A stretch of 51,726 nt of DNA from contig MU271264.1 of assembly GCA_021432655.1 (NCBI GenBank), positions 62,001-113,726 of the forward strand. Reading direction: 5' to 3'. The translations under genes were made by a program, and so were the position numbers. Shown here one piece after another: positions 25,965 to 37,259 of this stretch. Positions within the stretch are counted from its first letter, which is position 1; every line of letters begins with the position of its first letter. This stretch comes from Atractiella rhizophila (Eukaryota). The notes beneath the pieces are model-generated. The model saw only the letters and a program-made list of their open reading frames with translations. It ran no database searches and had not been told where the DNA came from.

Positions 25965-27247
25965 CTAGATCCCTCTAACTTGACTCCAAGCCTGAAGAAC
26001 TGACGTTCAACCCAGGTGATGTCGGAAGCCCTTGACGCTCCACCCACTCGCATGTCGCTCCGAAATTCTTTCTGAAGATTTCGTTGATGCTCTTCTTGTG
26101 AGGCTTTGCGACAGCTGCACTTCCACCATCTACATACAGGCCTATGTCCAGTATATAAAATCAGCTTGAGTGGGCATAAGGGGAGCGAGATAGGTAAAAG
26201 ACAAACCGCAGCGATTGGATGTTAAACGTCCAGAAGGGTCGTAATTGCAAGCTATCGCGTATTGGAAGGAAGAGAACCGCCATCCGACATCCCCGACCAT
26301 GATTTGGATCTTTTTTCGAATGTTATTCGGATTCGGTTCCCCCTTCGCAGGTACGTCAATTGGATCAACAATCGTACACTTCAGATTCCTCATCTCCAGC
26401 ACTGCACTATACCATCAACGAAAGAATAGAGACAGGGCAGGAAAGAACGAACAATCTGCCAGCTTGACAGCCGGTGTGCGATACGCGCTTCCACTAGTCT
26501 TTCCACTACTTCCACCTTGATAGGACCCATCTTGAAAACTTCCTCCACTCTTGAAACCCCAGTATCTGATGTTCTCTGTGAAGGCATGCACTGGTGGAGC
26601 GTTCAGATCTTGATGACGAAGGTATACGTTGCAAGTGTGGACATGGGTTGGATCCGCTTCAGTTGTGCCTTCGCATATCCTGAAGAGCTTTGAGTACCGC
26701 TTGTCCCACGTCGGCATACTGTTCCACGTTCATTTCACATTTAATAAGGCAACATATAGCAAAAAGAATAGACGACGAACCCAGTTATGCGAATAGAATC
26801 TATCTCGATGATTGCGAAAATGAACAGTCCAAGAAAGATGACTATCAGTAAAAAAGTGACAAAAAGGCATTTAGAATGTCTCTTTGGATTTTTAATGATG
26901 TAGCGGACTGTTTCCGCTCGTGTTAACGTCGGCTTCTTCTCATCGTTCAGTCCAGCTTCAGGGTCAGCCGCCGGCCTTGTATCTGGCGAAGGGTACGGTG
27001 GGGGAAGGGGAGAATCCCGCTTCGTCAAGAAAGATGGAAGGGTGGAAGACCGCTTCGCCAAGAAAGGGGGCTTTGGATCGCCAGTTTCAGAAAGAGGTGT
27101 GTACGGCAAAGGCTCTGGAAAAACAACGGATGTTGGCGCCTCCGCTACCCCAATTTCTGCGCGAGTGACAGTGGTATGAGGACGGGTGAGGCCATCGGGA
27201 ACAGCTGGCGGCGCGTCCGCTGTTGCTGAAGATTCGTGAGGATTCAT
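25965..27247 (-). CDS. Hypothetical single-pass (type II-like) membrane protein with PPxY motif; 3' exons approximate
   Basis: MNPHESS..PLPPPYPSP..DEKK..RHSK, one TM (CLFVTFLLIVIFLGLFIFAII), an intron, then a Cys-containing luminal region continuing in ORFs 26415-26717 and 26142-26402. Confidence 0.6.
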
Positions 27248-27885
27248 AACCCTGAGATTGTCGGCTGAAGTCCAGAGGTGTAGTTGGTTGTGGGAGGAGG
27301 AAATCCTGGGAGAAATCCAGGAGGAGACAGTTTTATAAAGGGAGAGACTCAGAATCCGGAACGTTGGATGTGGAACCAAACGGGAACAGCGCCAAGAGAG
27401 ACGTGGAAAAGCGAATAAAGGCAGGAATAAAGGCAACCCTGCGACAACAGGCGACAACAGAGGCTGGCAATTCCTGGCGTTGAGGAATTGAAAACAATGT
27501 TATAATCATTATTTACACTTTCCATCATTGTAAAGAAAGCACGGCATATGCCCATGTGGACTGCATCACGCTGCATGGGCTCATGCGATCAGGATGTCTC
27601 ACTCAGGGGTCTCGCTCAGGAGCTGTTCGCATTGAACAAGGGGCTCACAGAAACACCCAAGGACCAAGTCATCTCCAGCCTCTCCATCTCCATCACATGT
27701 GGCACTCAGATCATTGTCAATCATCTCCTTGAAAAACAAATCACACTGACGGTTGCAGCCTTAGCCTGAGGGAGCAGTTTCCTGTTGTCTGATGAGGCGT
27801 ACGTACGTAGGTGGCAAAAGTGAAAATATCCCGTTTCTCCTAGTCTGTACATCAACATCTCTCTGGATTCACTCAGTAACTCAAG

Positions 27886-28842
27886 ATGGCCAAGTCCTTA
27901 CGTTCGAAATCCAAGCGTACTTTCAGAGCGCTCAAACGGACAGGAGATGGGTCGACAAAAGGAGTTTATGCCAACGCGGAAGCTGCAAGGATTGATAGGC
28001 TCAACCTAAAACTTATGAATATCAAGGGGAAGAGGAGGGCGGAGGAGGAGGCAGTTAAACTTGAGGAGGAGGGAGAGAAGGAGGGAGGTATGTACTTTAC
28101 ACTTTGACGAGCGTGGATAAAGGGTCCTGTCCGCAACCAAAGGCACATTGATATCCTTTGATTCGGCTTCAATTGCAACATTGTGCATCGAATGACTTCC
28201 GTTGCCTCCACCAGGGCCTACGTTTGCATCATTACTACTTTAAGAAGAAGGCCTCAAGCTTTTAATCATAATCATAACAATTTGTTTATTTTCTTTCTCC
28301 ATAGCTTTCTCAAACCTCCTGTGGATCCTTGGGAGTTGATTGTCAACAAACAATAGTAAAAATTGTTTACTTCTTCTACAAGCTGCAGATTTGTTTGTAG
28401 AGGTGCAAAGACTGGCCCTTTTCAAAGCATCTAATGACATGAGATGGGGACTTGCAAACGAAGTGCCAGACCTTCCACAAGAAAGAGATCAGGTTGTCTT
28501 TTCCTCTTGTCGCTTCAATATCACTGCTTGATTTTGGATCCTCCTTGTGTCTGTGTAAACTTTCGTGCACATGTCTACTAGGTACCTGTTTGAAGTATGT
28601 CCCTGACTACTTCTTTACCAGAGTCGGGGACGATCCCTACGGCAAACGAGTCTTCTCAAGCCGATGACGATGTGATGGAAGTGGAGATTGTGGAGGGGAA
28701 CCCGAAAAAAGTCTCAACAGGCGGACCGAGAAATTCGAGGAGGGAGCAATGGAAGGCTTCTAAGGGAATGAAGAAGCATGCGAAGAGTGGGACCGTTTTT
28801 GGGGGAGGAAGAGGTGGTGGGAGGCGGAAGAATAGACGATGA
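27886..28842 (+). CDS. DUF2423 / YBL028C-like small basic nucleolar protein (exons 27886-28087, 28622-28842)
   Basis: Signature N-terminus MAKSLRSKSKRTFRALKR..GVYANAEAARIDRLNLKL and C-terminus KKVSTGGPRNSRREQWKASKG..RRKNRR. A GTATGT..CTGAC..CAG intron joins the exons in frame. Confidence 0.85.
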
Positions 28843-29328
28843 TTTCCCTTCTGTACATTCTTACTGTTTTCAGGTGATGGGATTTGGATAAAGTAGTTGT
28901 GTAATTGGTAGGACAGAGATAGTTGGCGCATTTCGACTGTTTTTTTCTGCTCAGTGCACTTTTGCTCTACCCGTCCTATCACATCAAACACCAGATAAAT
29001 GAACGCTCAGCGCTTCACAGGCGCACACAGGACTATTCACTTACTACCGCTGGCACACAACAGTGAGATGTCGTCTGCTAGAAGTCCCGCATGCAGTGAA
29101 GGTAGTAATGATGTGATCTTAATACTCTCTGAGAATAGTTGTGCTTCATTGAATATGGAGGCTGTCCGTTTATAACATTCCACAACAAAGTCAGTGCATA
29201 TTCTTCTTCCTTTCACTGTTCATTTTCCTTTAAAACAGCCTACGATCACCTTACTTGGTCTTTCCATCACCCCCCTTCAGTCCAGCATAGAAACGGAGAG
29301 AAACAAGACATTCACAATTGTGAACCAG

Positions 29329-29841
29329 TCAATAGGCAGACGGTTTTGCAGCGCCGGCGTGCTGAGAGATGAGAGCCTGAAGTCCTTTCGGTTCAGCGCT
29401 CACAAATGATCCGATCTTGTTCCCATCCTTGCTGTGTCGAAATGTCAAAGGAACCTTGGTCCAAAAGAAAAGAAAGCGCACAAAGCCATGAAAGTAGGGA
29501 CAGCTCTGACTCCAACTTCTTCAGCGATTTCCATCTCTGCGTCAATGTCCACCTTGTAGAAGTGGACGTCTGGGTTGTTTTTGTGTTGCTCGGACAGCTT
29601 GTCGAATACAGGAGAGATCATGCGGCATGGACCGCACCAAGTCGCCCCTTCGAAAAGAGGCGTATGAAGAAGGCGTAAACGTTACAGCAGTCAATAAAAC
29701 AAACTCTCATAGAAGTCGACGAAGATCACGTTCCCGGAATTGATCTTTCAGAACAACACAACTTCAGTTGTGTATAAACAAGCCGCAAGAAAATACGATT
29801 TCGTCAAACTTGCTTTTTCCACTCAGAACATCGACCGTCAT
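29329..29841 (-). CDS. TRX: Thioredoxin, copy A (intron-2 donor mutated; possibly impaired)
   Basis: MTVDVLSGKSKFDEI|INSGNVIFVDF|WATWCGPCRMISPVFDKLS..FYKVDID..VGVRAVPTFMAF|KDGNKI. WCGPC active site intact. The homologous intron-2 donor reads ATGAGA instead of GT. Confidence 0.8.
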
Positions 29842-30417
29842 CTTGTCAAAGAACTCATCGGATACAGTTTTCCACAACAACCTTTATACAGATGGCGAAA
29901 TCTCATGCCATCTGATGCTGACTAAAAGTAAGATAACCTCCAGATGAACTCGAATACCTGACAAAGCAAGTCCTTACATGTATCCTCAGATCATTCTCGT
30001 CTAAAATGGTTTATCCTGCCCAACCCCTCCTTTTAATCAACTTCAAGTGGAATCGACTGAATGCGGTTTGAAGCTTTTTCCAGCTTCCTAGCAAGGCAGA
30101 GAACAGAGGAAGAGAAGAAGAGGGAAACCCTCGCGATGCATTGAGAACGCAAGCCAGTTTGTGACTGCACGATGGCGGTTATGCTGCAATATCAACCGTT
30201 GTTAGACCTACTAATACGAGGGCAGGAAGGACTTTTTCACTCAGCATCTGAAGTAGATTGTCTCTCCCCGCTGCTTACTTGTTGATATCAGACACGTTAG
30301 TGCAAAAACATTGTGCGACTGCATGAAATGCTCAAATATGAAACCGTCATGAACTGCGGAAGCAAATTTGCGAATCAAATTATCAACATTAACATAAATC
30401 AAACGTAGATATACACG

Positions 30418-30958
30418 TTATGCTGTGGGCTTATCGCTGGCGCTGTGCTCGGAGATGAGGGCCTGAAGTCTCTTTGGGTCGGCACCCATCAGGCTTCCAA
30501 GTTTGTTGCCGTCTTTGCTGCAACCCCAAACGCAGCAAATCAACATTGTCCAATATGGATCGCTACCTCATGTCGCCTGAGAGAGGAAAGACATACAAAG
30601 CAATAAAGGTCGGCATGGCCCTTACTCCAACCTCTTCAGAGATATCCATCTCCTCGTCCACGTCAACCTTGTAAAATGCAACATTCTCGTTATCCTTGTA
30701 TAGCTCAGAGAGCTTGTCGAAGACGGGTGAGATCAGACGGCACGGTCCACACCATGTTGCCCCTGCATAACAAGAAAATTGCCAGTTAGTATTGTTTCTC
30801 GGCAGCGAGTGACACGCTTACAGAAGTCAATGAAAACGACCTTGCCAGAGTTGATCTTTTCACACAAAACAACACGTTAATCCAGCCAGCGAGGATTGAA
30901 GAGAACCACATACAACTTCGGTGAATTTGGCTTTTCCGCTCAGAACTTGGACAGTCAT
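30418..30958 (-). CDS. TRX: Thioredoxin, copy B
   Basis: Four exons, MTVQVLSGKAKFTEV|INSGKVVFIDF|WATWCGPCRLISPVFDKLSE..FYKVDVDEE..GVRAMPTFIAF|KDGNKLGSLMGADP, with all GT-AG introns canonical. Not shown in the ORF track because of the introns. Confidence 0.93.
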
Positions 30959-31813
30959 GTTCGGGGAGGTGCTGTGAAAAAATCTGCTTGTTCCTGGTGC
31001 GGATGCTCGTGGGAGAGCTGCTTTGGTGAGTGTGTAGGAAAGGGGGCGTAGGAGAGACAGCTTGGAGTGATGTTTGGCGAATTGATGGGAGGATTGATGG
31101 AAAGTCGCGCTTTTATACCGCGGTGATGAAATCAGAATTGATCAGGCGGATGACTAACTGCGATAAGGTTCGTCAACTGCCAAACTAAACATGACATGAC
31201 AAACCCCGTCGCGTCGCTACTGGCACGCGAGGCTCTCCACTGCACCAATGTTCGAGAATGCTTACCATTCGGTCGCTATCGATTATAGACACTCCGAGCC
31301 TTGGGAAGAATTGCTTCTGGGTATGGGCCATCCAGTGGTAAACGTTTCCAGTGCCAGCGTGAGCATTCTGCCTGTTTTGTGGCATGTGGGTCTCTTCAGG
31401 TATATCTCACTCTGGTGCCTAGCCGGAACAGGGCTCTTTTTGAGATCCTTGTCCAACCACTGCCAACCGTGAAAATCATCGACGTCGACCAAGCACCATT
31501 GTCTGGGATTGACAATATTTGGGCAATGAACAAACCATAGTTCAACCATCGTCGGGAGATAATGTATTAATCATCAGCCAGTGATGGCCAAGTAAGCACA
31601 TCTTGACAATGCTTTTATGGCTCGACAATGCTTGAACAAAGATTGTTCCTACTGGACAACAGTTGAAAGAGTGTATAAAAAGGTGAAGCGACACCATGAA
31701 ATCTATAATAATAATTTTCAAGGTCTGACAATTTCTTAAACATTCAACTCCTAGATGGCACCAGCACATTGAGATTTGGTTCAAATCGTTTGAATTTTCG
31801 TATACCACCTTTA

Positions 31814-32592
31814 CTACAGCCTGTCTCCTTCCTTGTCGCTCCTCCTGTTCCTCGCGTCCTCCTTCTGCATCCCTTCACATCCCTTCACGATTTCCCATCC
31901 TCTGATTTCCTCCAGCCTCCACTTGTCCACACACCGTCCCATCGTTACTAACCGTCGTGGAGACGTCAGGAGCCGAGCGGAGGGGATACGAGGAGTCGTT
32001 CGACATATTAGGTGATTGTGAGTCATAAACAACACGGGATGGCTAGGACAAGAGTAGAAGGTGTAAGAACGGGACGGAGAGCAAGGAGATCGAAAGCATA
32101 CCTGATCCAAGGCCTCGGGCGTCATCAAAATGTAAAAGAGGGAAGCAAATGGAAGAATTTCAATGTTCTAGCACAGGTTGGTCAGCTAAGCGAAAGTGAG
32201 CAGGGAGACTCACCATGCACAGCAATGGGTTAAAGAAATAGTAAGACTATGCGCAGACGTCACTACCAGGGGAAGACGAAAGAATGAAACTGCTCACACG
32301 CGAAAAATGAAGATGACCTTGTCTAGGTGCAATCCTATGGCTAAAAGACAAGTTCAGCTCTTACTGAATGTCAAAAGAAACAAATGGTGGCAGACACAGT
32401 AGTCGTTGTAATTATAGACATCCTGGCGAAAAACTTACGATCGAAAGTCGTGCCAAATCCAGCCTTCATGCTTGATTGGAAAACACTAACCCGCTTACTC
32501 ACGCTCTAAACAATTGAAGAACTTACCTCCCGCCCTTGTTGCACAGCAGAATCCTTGCTATACCTCCTTCGACCTCTTGTAGACTCTCTCAT
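31814..32592 (-). CDS. Possible small multi-exon hypothetical gene
   Basis: A series of minus-strand consensus donors (GTAAGT about 32526 and 32437, GTGAGT about 32502 and 32212, GTATGC about 32101) separate short exons. No recognisable protein. Confidence 0.3.
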
Positions 32593-34520
32593 TTCGAACT
32601 ACTGATCTTGCCCATCTGGGTCCACTGTGCTCATCTTGATCCAATCGCAATCAATGGGTGCAAGGGGGGGATGAGGGATGCATAGACAAAGTTTGTCGTC
32701 CTAGGGAGGTGAGTTGTGCACTGGGACTGGAATTAGAAGGGAGAGGCTGCGAAGGGAGATGGGGGAGAGGGAAGGTAAGTCGTCGTTTTTCTTTGATGTC
32801 AAACCTCATCAGAAGCCCAATCTTCGGCAAGCTCAGGTGCAAGGCCACTCTGGTGAGAGAGAGGAGGAACGCGTACCAATTCAGCGTTCAAGGCGCTTCC
32901 AAGCCATGTCTATGCTTTATGCCATTCCATCTTCATCCCCCACACCAATGAAACATGCGGCGCTTGGACACAAGAAGCAGTGCAAAGGCGAAAGGCGATG
33001 ACTGTGACTGGGCATCGTGCGAAGCGCGATTTATACAGTCACTAATACCAAAGTGAGCCATATGTCAGCTACAGAGGTAAATCATACAGAACTTCAAGTG
33101 TTAGGCACCCATGCTTTCTCCCTCAACTCCCCTAGCTGATAGAAGAGCACACTTGAGGTAGCAGCTCTGCATACAAATCGCACAGAGAGTCAACGTCTTC
33201 GCCCCTTCATCATGGCTCTGAGAGACAGCATACCTTTATTGCATTTCCTTGGACGTGATACTCCGAGCCTCCTCATCACTTCATCCCTATTCCCTCACTT
33301 CTGGCATATTCCCCTAATCTTGCATTACTCCTGCACTACAGCTGCAGAGGGGTTGACCAAGGGTTGTGGGCAGAGATGTCCCATTGTTCCACCATTTTCG
33401 ATGTTGCCGATGATATGCCTTGCTTCCCATCAGAGTCAGCACATCATTGACGATGAAATAAAAAGCACTAACCATCATTAATGCATCATTGGTCGCAGTG
33501 TCTATTGTTTCTGAAGGAGCGGTCAACGATTGGCAAGTCCACAAATCATGCGGCAACTGTAGAGGGATGACAGGCGACCTAAGCCAAATTGGCGTCAATT
33601 TTGCTTCGGTTGGAGGACCATAGAAAGGTTCTTCTCACCTCCTTGCGACATAAGCTAGCAAACATGGAGCGATTGTTGACAAGTGCAGATAACTGTCGTA
33701 GCAGTTCGACAATGGTGGGGCAATGATGCGACAACAATTTGGCAATTTCGGGACGGTTGTGGTCGGTTGCTGGCCAAGTTTTGTTTGTCCCCAACGATTG
33801 AGCAATGCTCAAGACATAGCAGTGCAACCATACCATCACGGTTTGGACACAGTGGTATGACTTTTCAATCACCTTCCAGCACCTACAAGCATTTTACTGA
33901 CATTGGACAAGAATCTTGAAAAGGACCCTATTCCGGCTAGGTGGGGTCTAACCGGAACAAGTTGAAGTGTATTCATCCATCAAGTTCGTACATATAAATT
34001 TGTATGTAACCATCATAAGCTGTCGACACGCAGAAATGAGGGAAGAACACACTTGAGAATACACTTGAAGAGCCATCACAAGTATAACTTGAACTGTTCC
34101 ATTACCTGTCAATTATGGTGTTGACGATTGAAGTAGCACGCTCAGGAAGATATTCAGACTCTGTTTGAGCATCCCTTGTGATAGAAATTGTCAGTGTGTG
34201 TGTGTTGTGTGCACATGCCATTATTGACTCTAATAAATAACTGTGGATGACGGCGAAAGAGCCCGAGAGGCCCCGAACAATTCACCTGCAGAAAGTCGAA
34301 GAAAGGCTCTTGCAGCCATAGATCCTGATGTTCCATGGAAATGAATGACAATTTTTCTGAGTGTACAAAGGAGAGTCGGGCAACACCTTAGATGTTCCAT
34401 TTTTCACATTGTCCTCCTTTCCTTCTGCACAGCTGTGAATTCATTCAAACCGGTTTATCACATTTGAACAATACAGAACAGGAGTACGACACTTTTTCAG
34501 CTCAGAGCTTTACTCGTTAT

Positions 34521-34835
34521 ATGAGCACGCTGGCATTCCTTGACCGGTCCAAGCTTGACACGAGATTCTTCAGGCCGCCATTGCTCCCGAGAAGAATAAA
34601 ACCAAATGGATGCTGAAGTGTTCGAGGCACGGAAGTCATGTTTGCTCAAATCAAGCATCAATCCGCAAGGCTCGTTTTCGCCCAGTAGATCCTGCCAAGG
34701 ACGCAAAAGTTTTCTTCGAGCTCTTTGATGAGGCTGCTACGTTTGCTGGAATAGGTGATCCTGCGTGCGTCCTTTCTCTCCATCCCGTAATTCTTTGATA
34801 TTGACATTGTGAAATGTTGGATCTGTAGGCCACAG
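34521..34835 (+). pseudogene. Truncated gene fragment, possibly a GNAT (RimJ/RimL-like) N-terminus
   Basis: ARFRPVDPAKDAKVFFELFDE followed by a GTGCGT intron. Frameshifted upstream and cut off by a gag fragment. The family guess rests on weak motif resemblance. Confidence 0.3.
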
Positions 34836-35021
34836 TAGGACGACCATGAACAAAGAACAATATCTCCAAGCACAAGGAGAATATTTTGATTCAAAGATCA
34901 TTAACCAAGAAAGACAATTTGCACAGCTCGCCAACCAGTTGCCGAAAACAAGCGTTACTCAATCGAAAGATCTAGAGGAGGATTTTTAGGACGGCGGTGG
35001 GTGAAAGAAGTGTCCCCATCT
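34836..35021 (+). mobile_element. Fragment of Ty3/Gypsy gag C-terminus, inverted relative to the large element
   Basis: MNKEQYLQAQGEYFDSKIINQERQFAQLANQLPKTSVTQSKDLEEDF* aligns with MSKEQYLRTQGEYFDTRLLEHERQSAQIADQLPKTSVAQSSDLEEDF encoded on the minus strand near 48160-48305. Confidence 0.88.
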
Positions 35022-35263
35022 TTAGGGGTAGTTAACTAGACATTGCAATGCATGAAGTATTGGTGGAAAGCAATAAGACACAAGAACATACCTAGACACC
35101 GGAAGCCAAGGCTATTAAAAACAGCAGCAGTCCCCAAAGGTCAGGGTCGGCTTTCAACAGAATAAGAATGATCAACAAAACAAGAAACGAAGGAGACTCA
35201 CTTTCCGGTGTCTAGCCTTCTTGTAAGGCAAAGGTAGAGAAACGAGGTACAACTGTGACTGGA

Positions 35264-35776
35264 TGTTAGGGCTGACACTATGTGCGTGTTAGGGCAAACA
35301 CTATGTGCGGTCGCCGATCAGCGATGTGTCTGTAGTGGAGGTAAACCTAAGGGAATAGTATGGCATGAGAAGACTAACCTGTAGTGGAGGTAAACCTAAG
35401 AGAATACTCTGAGGTCACCACCACTACATCTCGATGTATATATACATATGTAAAGGCACTGCCATAAACTGTAACATACGTTGCTTGAAACGTGCAAGAT
35501 AGCTAGATCAGGAAAGTAATAAAGGGAATACTTGGAAATAAGTTATACTGGGTAGTACTAGTGAGAGAGGACAATAAGGCGAAAATGGAGACGGTGCAGA
35601 CCGGCAAAATGTATAACATCTGCTGAGCGACGATTCATGTGAGAAATGGGAAAGCGGCGAACAGCGCAGACGTGTGCAGAGCACCGATGGGTAGGCATGT
35701 GATCTCAAGACACGGTAAAGTGGGTCACATGACTTCGGATGGTGCATTTCGGTAATGTGTAGGGGCAAGCCTGACA
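35264..35776 (-). repeat. 3' LTR region of the Gypsy: 23-bp stub matching the right LTR (35264-35286) plus a complete related LTR (35287-35776)
   Basis: tgttagggctgacactatgtgcg followed by tgttagggcaaacactatgtgcg...gcaagcctgaca. The first ~180 bp resemble the LTR at 49494. TATATATA at 35437-35444 and an internal repeat tgtagtggaggtaaacctaag x2. Confidence 0.85.
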
Positions 35777-36973
35777 ACACCCCCAAATTCCTGACTAGTG
35801 TTCTTGAGTCACGGAATTTTTAGGTTAAGGTTTGCAGTTAGTTGGGGCGAAAATTTTTCCCAGTTCTTCCACCATCTCCCACTCTTCTTTTCCTGCAAAA
35901 ATGTCAACCGACACACAACTCTTCGACTTCGTCCTGGCGAACAAGGATAGAAAGGAGAGCACAGTTTACTGGGATGTGGAGAAGGCGAAAGCGGTGAACT
36001 TTGGGCGATTTGCTGATGTGTTGGAGTGGGGGAAAAGGTGTTATCCTCTGTATATCACGGTTTGCGATGAAGTACAAGCGGAGGTGAGATTTCTTGTCTT
36101 GTATGGTATGGTTGGGTGTGTGTGGTAACCTGTCAGTGGTGGGAAAGGTGCGAACGGTTTATGAGTCTGTGAAAGGGTTTGGTGATGGGCACGTTTTGTC
36201 GTTCCCGCTGCGGATGTCTGTGGAAGACATGCAGGTCTTGCCGGATGAACTTCGGCTTTGGGTGGTGGAACAAGCGGCGCTCGTCGAGGAAGAAGCGGCG
36301 AAATTCGGATTTCAGCCCTCTGAATCGGTGAATGGAAACCCCGTTTTGCGAAGGAAAGAACGAGAACTTTTCTTGTTCGACACGAAAAAGCGTCTGGTGA
36401 AAGAGGAGGAGGAACGAAAACGGGTGGCGCTCGAAAATAAGCGTCGAGCGGCTGAGGAAAATTTACGCGCTCAAAAATCGATTTCAGCGGCGAAGGGGCC
36501 CGAGGTTGGGGTTGTGAGGGCGCTGTCCGACCATCTGGTGACTGCTACTACTTTTGTTTTGCCTGCTGCATTGGGGGACAGAAATCCGTCGCCAGTCACC
36601 GAATTTGTAGTACGCGACGGGAAAGTTCGAATCAGTGACAAGGAATTGGACGCATCGAAATACAGATACTTTTGGCCAGGTACTCGCGAGGCCTATTCCC
36701 ACGCTGCGGCGAACATCAACCTGGGCGAGTTGGACCTCGAATTGGTTATCACGACTCCTCGGGCAAATGCTCACATTCTTCCTACATTGGCAAGCATGGG
36801 GACACAGTGATGTAGTAATTATACCGGAAAAATTCGAGCGGCGCCTGTCAAATCGGCAAAAAAGAAGGCCAAAGCCGACAATGACTCCCAGGTGTGCGAT
36901 TTTTCCGCTGGGCATGTCACAACCGCATTCGGACGGGTCTGCTCACGTTGTCACAGTTCGCGAAAGAGGTGCA

Positions 36974-37146
36974 TGTGAGAGAATGTACCATTCTCCCGTT
37001 CTTTGCACTCTTCGGCGCAGTTACACGTTCATTTGTTTTTCATTCCTATGTCTGCCTACATTACAATATGTACATAGGGTTAGGTTTCTCCGTCCTGATT
37101 CCCCAGCGTTTTCCACCATCTCATACTCCCTGGGGATCAGCTCACA
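36974..37146 (+). repeat. Copia 5' LTR (173 bp)
   Basis: tgtgagagaatgtacc...gatcagctcaca, near-identical to the 3' LTR apart from a 59-bp indel. Confidence 0.95.
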
Positions 37147-37259
37147 TAGTAGCGAGAGCCATCTGTTAGCCACAAATATCTCCTCGATTGTTCAGTATTG
37201 GGTTTAACGCCGCCCATTGTGAATTCTTGTAACAACACTACGAAGTGTACTGATTGTAC

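Noticed and set aside
31185..31760. Possible retroelement integrase or chromodomain relic
   Set aside because: The resemblance (PEAILPK..LVQW) is too weak and is interrupted.
33200..34400. Possible decayed gene or DNA transposon
   Set aside because: Only short ORFs with stops, and no recognisable transposase motif or terminal repeats. It cannot be supported without a search.
35264..35420. Short direct repeats resembling a CRISPR array
   Set aside because: Eukaryotic LTR context, only two copies of each repeat, and no cas genes.
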